A stretch of DNA of 47,136 bases from Patescibacteria group bacterium (GTDB lineage Bacteria > Patescibacteriota > Minisyncoccia > UBA6257 > 2-01-FULL-56-20): positions 1-47,136 of the forward strand of contig JANWZH010000001.1 in NCBI GenBank assembly GCA_025054755.1, written 5' to 3'. The translations under genes were made by a program, and so were the position numbers. The notes beneath the pieces are model-generated. The model ran no database searches and had not been told where the DNA came from. It worked only from the letters and a program-made list of their open reading frames with translations. Below are positions 41,739-47,136 of the stretch, one piece after another (within the stretch, counting starts at the first letter, position 1; each line of letters opens with the position of its first letter).

Positions 41739-43019
41739 TTAATAATTTTTAATTAATTGATTAGACTGTTCTTCGATTAATCTTAATCCATCACTAACAT
41801 TAATTTTGTTATTTAAAATATCTTCAATTATATTATTCAATATTTTATTAAAATTTTCTATATTAGGTTCTTGCCAAGAACGACTAATTAAAGCTTGCGA
41901 AGCAAAAACTCCCAAATTTAAATCTGAAATATATTTTGCAATTTGAGATTTAGTAGCTGGTGGTTTTTTAGAATTTGTTAAATATTTTTGATTCAAAGCA
42001 TCATAAGTCGTAGAATAAATTATAAAATCCCATGCCCAAGTTGGGTTTTTACTTTGATTTGAAACTGTTAACGCCCAATAATCTGCATAAGCATAATTAA
42101 TTGAAGCGTTTTTAAATTGTGGAACTGGAGCAATTTTAAAATTTAAATAAGGATTTCTTTTTAAAATTTCATCTATATCTTTTTGATAAGCAAAAATCAT
42201 TGCAACCTTGCCAGAAGCAAAAGCATTAATTGAATTATCAAAATTCCTAGGCCAAGTATAATTTGATGTTTTAGAATCAGAAAAACTTAAATAAAAATTT
42301 AAAATCTGTTCACTAATTGAATTTTTATCTTTTAAGCCTAAATCAAATTTTGAAACATTAAAAATTGGGATACCAGCTTGTTTCATTAAAAGCTTTAAAA
42401 TATCATTAGCATAAACAACATTTTTTTGACTTGCTCCTAAAGCTGCTCCAGCCTGAGCAATTGAATTATTTAAATCAAAAATCGTAAGTTTTTTAGCATA
42501 CTCTACAAATTCATCCCAAGTTTTTGGAGGATAAATTAATTGAGCTTTATTAAAATAATCTTGATTATAAAATAAAACTAATGAGTCAATATATAATGGC
42601 AAAGCGTAAATTTTACCATTATAAACAAAATCATCTTCTACTACTTGTGGGAAAATAGATTTAAATTGAGATAAATTAAATTGATTATCTAAAACTGGAT
42701 ATATTTTTGAAATATCTTGCAATAATGATTTACTTTTAATCATAAAAATGTCTGGTCCATAACCACTAGCTAAAGCATCAATTAATTTTTGACGATAATC
42801 ATTTGAATTAATTTGTTCATAATTAATTTTAACATTAGGTCTTAATTGTTTATATGTTTTAAACAATTCATCAAAATTTTTTTCAGGCTCAACTCCCCAA
42901 ATAGTTAATTCAATTTGAGGCAATGGAGCTGGTCGTCTGCCAAAATAAAATATTAAACCAAAAATAACAATTATTAAAAATAAACCTATAATAATAATTT
43001 GATTTCTTGAAAAATTCAT
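41739..43019 (-). CDS. membrane-anchored ABC substrate-binding protein, family 1 (sugar-type)
   Basis: N-terminal TM segment, then ELTIWGVEPE...GYGPDIFMI and a YNQDYF pattern typical of SBP_bac_1/8. No cognate permease genes are adjacent. Confidence 0.7.
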   Translation of the reverse strand: MNFSRNQIIIIGLFLIIVIFGLIFYFGRRPAPLPQIELTIWGVEPEKNFDELFKTYKQLRPNVKINYEQINSNDYRQKLIDALASGYGPDIFMIKSKSLLQDISKIYPVLDNQFNLSQFKSIFPQVVEDDFVYNGKIYALPLYIDSLVLFYNQDYFNKAQLIYPPKTWDEFVEYAKKLTIFDLNNSIAQAGAALGASQKNVVYANDILKLLMKQAGIPIFNVSKFDLGLKDKNSISEQILNFYLSFSDSKTSNYTWPRNFDNSINAFASGKVAMIFAYQKDIDEILKRNPYLNFKIAPVPQFKNASINYAYADYWALTVSNQSKNPTWAWDFIIYSTTYDALNQKYLTNSKKPPATKSQIAKYISDLNLGVFASQALISRSWQEPNIENFNKILNNIIEDILNNKINVSDGLRLIEEQSNQLIKNY

Positions 43020-43026
43020 ATTTATT

Positions 43027-45444
43027 TTATATTACCACAACGCCAGCTAATTTGTCACCAGATCTCAATTTAATAATTCTAACGCCCTGAGTTTGTCTTT
43101 GAGCTAAACGAATATCTTTTAAGGAAACTTTAATAATTTGACCTTTTTGAGAAATAGCCAAAAGTTCTTCTTGGTCAGAAATAATATGCGCAGACACTAA
43201 TATACCAGTTTTAGAAGTTATTTTAGCTGTTTTAATTCCTGATCCTCCTCTATTTTGAATTTTATATTCCTTTAAGCTAGTTTGCTTAGCAAAACCATTA
43301 CTTGAAACTACTAATAATTTTGCATCTTTTTGTTTTATAATATCAAAACCAGCAACGGCATCATTCTTTTTTAATGTAATTGCTTTAATGCCACTAGCTT
43401 GTCTTGACATTGGCCTAATTTGAGCTTCCCTAAAACGAATTGATTGGCCTTGTTCTGTCACTAAAATTAATTCATCTTTTCCAGTTGAAAGCCCAACCCA
43501 TTTTAATTCATCATTATTTTTTAAAGAAATAGCAATAATTCCTGTTCTTCTAATATTAGAAAAATCAGATAAAGCTGTTTTTTTAATTATTCCATTTTTT
43601 GTGACCATAATTAAATAATGCGAATTTAAATCAATATTTTTATCGTAAGCAATTAAAGCAGATATTTTTTCTTGTGAGTTAAGCTCTAAAAAGTTTTGTA
43701 TAGCTTTTCCTTTAGAAATTCTACTGCCCTCAGGAATTTCATAAACTTTAGTTTGGAACACTCTTCCTCTATCGGTAAAAAATAAAATATTATCATGAGT
43801 ATTAGCATTAATAATATGAGTTAAAAAATCTTCTTCTGAAATATCAGAGGCCATAACACCTTTCCCGCCTCTTTTTTGCCCACGAAAAACTGTTGGTAAA
43901 ATTCTTTTAATATAACCACTATAAGATAAAGTAATAACATTTTGTTCTTCCGGAATTAAATCTTCTTCATTAAATTCTCCTAAAGGATGAGGTATAACTT
44001 TAGTACGTCGCTCATCCCCATATTTATTTTTTAATTCCAAAAGTTCTGTTTTTATAATTTCTAAAATTTTTTTAGGATTTTTCAAAATTAATTCTAGTTC
44101 TTTAATTAATTCTCTCTTTTCTTTAAGTTCATCTTCTATTTTTTGTCTTTCCAAGGCCGCTAAAGTTTGCAATCTCATTTCTAAAATTGCATCAGCTTGA
44201 ATTGGGGTTAATTTAAAAATTTTAACTAAATTTTGATGAGCATCTGCTCTATCGCGAGACTTTTTAATAGTAGCTATAATTTTATCAATAACCGATAAGG
44301 CCTTATGCAAACCTTCTAAAATGTGCACTCTTTCTTTTGCTTTTCTTAAATCAAATTCTGTTCTTCTCTTAATAACCTCTTTACGATGTTCTAAATAAGC
44401 AACTAAAATATCTTTTAAAGAAAATGTTTGAGGTTCAATTCCGCCAGCTAAAGCAATCATATTTAAATTAAAGTTTTTTTGAAGATCAGTGTGCTTATAT
44501 AATTGATTTAAAACTTTTTGCGGAACAGCATCTGATTTAAGTTCTATGACAATTCGCAAACCCTCTCTATCTGATTCGTCTCTTAAGTCTCTAATTCCTT
44601 CAATTTTTTTATTTTGAACCAATTCAGCAATAGTCTTAATTAATTCGGCTTTATTAACTTGATAAGGAATTTCAGTAACTACAATATTAAATTGATTATT
44701 TTTTCTTTCTTCAATATCAGTTTTAGCACGACAAACAATTGCTCCTTTGCCGGTTTTATAACTTTCAATAATAGCTTTTTTGTCAAAAATTATTCCTCCT
44801 GTTGGAAAATCAGGGCCTAAAATAAATTTAGATAAATCTTCAATATTAGCATCAGGATTCTCAATTAAATAAATAATAGCGTCAACAATCTCTTTTAAAT
44901 TATGCGGTGGAATAGAAGTTGCCATTCCAACTGCAATGCCCATTGCACCATTTAAAATTAAATTTGGCAATTTAGCTGGTAAAACCTTTGGCTCATTTCT
45001 TGTGCCATCATAATTTGACATCCAATCAACTGTTTCTTTTTCTATATCAATCATCATTTCTTCGGCAATTTTAGAAAGTCGTGCCTCAGTATAACGATAA
45101 GCTGCAGCTGAATCACCATCAATTGATCCAAAATTTCCCTGTCCTTCAATTAATGGATAACGCAAAGAAAAATCCTGAGCCATTCTAACCAAAGCCTCAT
45201 ATACTGCTGCATCACCATGTGGATGATAACGTGCTAAAACCTGACCAATAACATTAGCTGACTTTCTAAATTTAGCTTGATGAGTTAATCCAGAATCCCA
45301 CATATCCCATAAAATTCGACGATGAACCGGTTTTAAACCATCTCTGACATCTGGCAGTGCCCGCGATATTATAACCGACATTGCGTAATCTAAATATGAT
45401 TCTTCAAGTTCTTGTTTAATTTCTCTTTTTTGAATTTCTGACAT
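43027..45444 (-). CDS. gyrA: DNA gyrase subunit A
   Basis: [22 protein letters not shown] (active-site Tyr region), GyrA-box-like [10 protein letters not shown]-terminal beta-pinwheel repeats. Confidence 0.96.
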   Translation of the reverse strand: MSEIQKREIKQELEESYLDYAMSVIISRALPDVRDGLKPVHRRILWDMWDSGLTHQAKFRKSANVIGQVLARYHPHGDAAVYEALVRMAQDFSLRYPLIEGQGNFGSIDGDSAAAYRYTEARLSKIAEEMMIDIEKETVDWMSNYDGTRNEPKVLPAKLPNLILNGAMGIAVGMATSIPPHNLKEIVDAIIYLIENPDANIEDLSKFILGPDFPTGGIIFDKKAIIESYKTGKGAIVCRAKTDIEERKNNQFNIVVTEIPYQVNKAELIKTIAELVQNKKIEGIRDLRDESDREGLRIVIELKSDAVPQKVLNQLYKHTDLQKNFNLNMIALAGGIEPQTFSLKDILVAYLEHRKEVIKRRTEFDLRKAKERVHILEGLHKALSVIDKIIATIKKSRDRADAHQNLVKIFKLTPIQADAILEMRLQTLAALERQKIEDELKEKRELIKELELILKNPKKILEIIKTELLELKNKYGDERRTKVIPHPLGEFNEEDLIPEEQNVITLSYSGYIKRILPTVFRGQKRGGKGVMASDISEEDFLTHIINANTHDNILFFTDRGRVFQTKVYEIPEGSRISKGKAIQNFLELNSQEKISALIAYDKNIDLNSHYLIMVTKNGIIKKTALSDFSNIRRTGIIAISLKNNDELKWVGLSTGKDELILVTEQGQSIRFREAQIRPMSRQASGIKAITLKKNDAVAGFDIIKQKDAKLLVVSSNGFAKQTSLKEYKIQNRGGSGIKTAKITSKTGILVSAHIISDQEELLAISQKGQIIKVSLKDIRLAQRQTQGVRIIKLRSGDKLAGVVVI

Positions 45445-45446
45445 GT

Positions 45447-45749
45447 TTATTTTGATATATTATATTCTTTTGGCGAACTAAAAATATTTTTTAAATAATT
45501 ATTTATATTTTCACCAATTTGTCCAATAAATGCTCCTCCAATTTTTATTTTATCTTTTAATTCTAAATTATCTTTTTGTTCTAAATTATTATTTACTAAA
45601 TTCATAGTCATAAAATTAAAATATGCTCCCCAAATATATAAAACAATTAAAAAAGCAATTGCGCTTAATATAAATAATAATCGATTTTTTGTTTTATAAT
45701 CTAATGATCTTATTTTTTCTAAAAAACTTTCTTTATTTTGCTCATTCAT
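45447..45749 (-). CDS. hypothetical single-pass membrane protein
   Basis: 100-aa ORF with one TM segment ([21 protein letters not shown]), packed tightly between gyrA and the upstream gene. Confidence 0.5.
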   Translation of the reverse strand: MNEQNKESFLEKIRSLDYKTKNRLLFILSAIAFLIVLYIWGAYFNFMTMNLVNNNLEQKDNLELKDKIKIGGAFIGQIGENINNYLKNIFSSPKEYNISK

Positions 45750-45753
45750 ATTT

Positions 45754-46323
45754 TTATAATGATTTTAAAAATACAACTTCTTTATTTTTATTTAAAATAT
45801 CTTTTTTCTTAAAAACAAATTTTTCTTCTTGTTGTGGTTTTTGACTTAAATTTTTAAAAAATTCTTTTGAACCATCATCAATAAAAGAAGGAATAATAAT
45901 TTTAGGCTCTAATGTTTTAATTAGTTTTACTGCATCTTCTACTTTTATAAAAGGCTTTCCACTAGAAGGAATAAATAAAATATCTGGCTCTTCAATATCA
46001 TCTAAAAAATCTCCATCCGGCATTTCAGCTAATGGTCCTAAAAAAACAAATTTAATATCTTCCCAAATTATCTTAAAAACAGTTTTAATAAATTTTTCAG
46101 TTGATTCTTTTTCTAATTGAAAACCATAAATCTCAATATCTTGAATATCATATTCGCCGGCAAAAACAATTTCATTATTTAAAAGTGGCAATGGCAAATT
46201 AGTTGGAATAATTGTTTTTAAAATAATATCTCCTTTTAATCTATTGTTTATGGGATCGATTAAAATACTTTTTTCTCCAGATTGCAGCCTAAAACAATTT
46301 TGCCCAAAATAATTAACAATCAT
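45754..46323 (-). CDS. metallo-beta-lactamase-fold (UPF0173-like) protein lacking the HxHxDH motif
   Basis: MIVNYFGQNCFRLQSGEKSILIDP resembles the N-terminus of MBL-fold hydrolases. The position of the expected THGHGDH reads LKTIIPTN. Confidence 0.5.
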   Translation of the reverse strand: MIVNYFGQNCFRLQSGEKSILIDPINNRLKGDIILKTIIPTNLPLPLLNNEIVFAGEYDIQDIEIYGFQLEKESTEKFIKTVFKIIWEDIKFVFLGPLAEMPDGDFLDDIEEPDILFIPSSGKPFIKVEDAVKLIKTLEPKIIIPSFIDDGSKEFFKNLSQKPQQEEKFVFKKKDILNKNKEVVFLKSL

Positions 46324-46422
46324 AAATTAAATCTTATCAAAAAATAAGATAAATTTCCAGTTTTTATATTATTTTATTTAATTAAACAATAAATTTATAA
46401 ATTTTATTATATATGCTAATTT

Positions 46423-47136
46423 TTATTTTGTTGATTCATAAATTGCACGAATTTCTTTATAATTTAATGCCCTATTATAAACATAAAATTCATCTGCTAA
46501 ACCAACAAGCTTTCTTTGATCGCAATATGCATCACTTCCTAAAATCTCAAAAGGTTGATTAGATGAAATAATAGAAGCAGGAATTATACCACTTAAATTA
46601 GAATTATTAATTAGTCCATCAATAAATAAATCTAAAACAGAATTATTTCCATCATAAACTCCAGCTACAAAATGCCATTAATTATCATTAACACTTATAT
46701 TAGAAACTCTTACAGCATCATAGCTCCCAGCGCCTCCATCTTTATCTAACATTAATCTTAATTTGCCATCATTTGGTTCGCCTACTGTGAGCATATGATT
46801 CCATTGCATACCATTCCATCTTCCTAAAATTTTCCCACCATTATCAGAAGTTTTAATCCAGGCAATTAAAGAAAATTCTTTTGTAAAACTCATTCCAGCA
46901 GGATTATTTTTTCTAGCACAATTATTAATTCCTGATAAATTAAGACAAAAACCTTTTTTACAATCAATGTTGGTAAATAAATCAACAGGAGTTGTTGATG
47001 AATAAACAGTTAAATGATTATCATAACCAGATCTATCATAAGCAATAGTTCCCGAACCTTCATCAAAAGACCAATAACCTACTAGACCACCAACAAATGG
47101 AGCTAGATTAAGATCTGTCCCTAATTCATATATTGA
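46423..47136 (-). pseudogene. LamG/concanavalin-like (Laminin_G_3-type) surface protein gene with an in-frame TAA; N-terminus outside the window
   Basis: A continuous frame runs from the window edge: YWSFDEGSGTIAYDRSGYDNHLTV...FSLIAWIK...VSNISVNDN * WHFVAGVYDGNNSVLDLFIDG...DEFYVYNRALNYKEIRAIYESTK*. The internal TAA is at 46678-46680. All other codons in this frame were checked and are sense codons. Confidence 0.7.

Noticed and set aside
46324-46422. AT-only hairpin ATCTTAT-N6-ATAAGAT between the LamG gene and the MBL-like gene as a terminator
   Set aside because: A 7-bp all-A/T stem in DNA this AT-rich is expected by chance and is too weak to call.
1-47136. Alternative genetic code (UGA as Gly or Trp, as in Gracilibacteria/SR1 or mycoplasmas)
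   Set aside because: TGA functions as a stop, for example the ATP-grasp stop in the ATGA overlap at 21885-21888. Trp is encoded by TGG. All conserved genes are full length under the standard code.

Overview
Very AT-rich, tightly packed bacterial chromosome segment (GC not computed). It uses the standard code: TGA is a stop and TGG is Trp. By inference it comes from a reduced-genome Patescibacteria/CPR-like organism. The grounds are no L30 gene in the spc cluster, 0-15 nt intergenic gaps, membrane-anchored solute-binding proteins, and LTD/LamG surface proteins.

Contents by region:
- 0.9-10.6 kb (-): S10-spc ribosomal protein supercluster, rplC to secY.
- 10.7-13.7 kb (+): rpsO, an NYN-domain protein, pnp.
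- 13.7-21.3 kb: argS, smpB, mnmA, tsaD, valS.
- 15.4-16.3 kb: an RNA island with two promoter- and terminator-bounded GC-rich structured RNAs of unknown class, plus a tRNA-Ile with a UAU anticodon.
- 23.1-23.4 kb: tmRNA.
- 21.3-23.1 kb: a CphA-like ATP-grasp gene translationally coupled to a methyltransferase gene.
- 23.5-26.5 kb: a metal ABC importer with no binding protein, divergent from a thioredoxin-fold/CxxC membrane pair.
- 26.5-27.4 kb (-): gpsA.
- 27.4-28.6 kb: a decaying dTMP cluster. dcd carries a 5-bp tandem-duplication frameshift, dut is intact, and thyA plus a DHFR-like gene are collapsed to a 227-nt scar.
- 28.7-37.4 kb: a cell-surface locus. It holds an S-layer-like PG-binding protein with a long structured leader, a repeat-containing wHTH protein, and a 1582-aa secreted Zn-phospholipase-C + 3xLTD protein.
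- 37.4-46.3 kb (-): a co-directional string with an OppA-like SBP, secG, a DUF360 protein, gpmI, a VirB2/TrbC-like pilin candidate, a sugar SBP, gyrA, a small membrane protein and an MBL-fold pseudoenzyme.
- 46.4-47.1 kb: a LamG-domain gene with an in-frame TAA.

No rRNA, CRISPR array, transposase or integrase was seen. All RNA folds and motif matches were done by eye, and no database was queried. The most interesting items are the surface/host-interaction locus, the two unclassified structured RNAs next to smpB, and the sequence-resolved decay of thymidylate synthesis.
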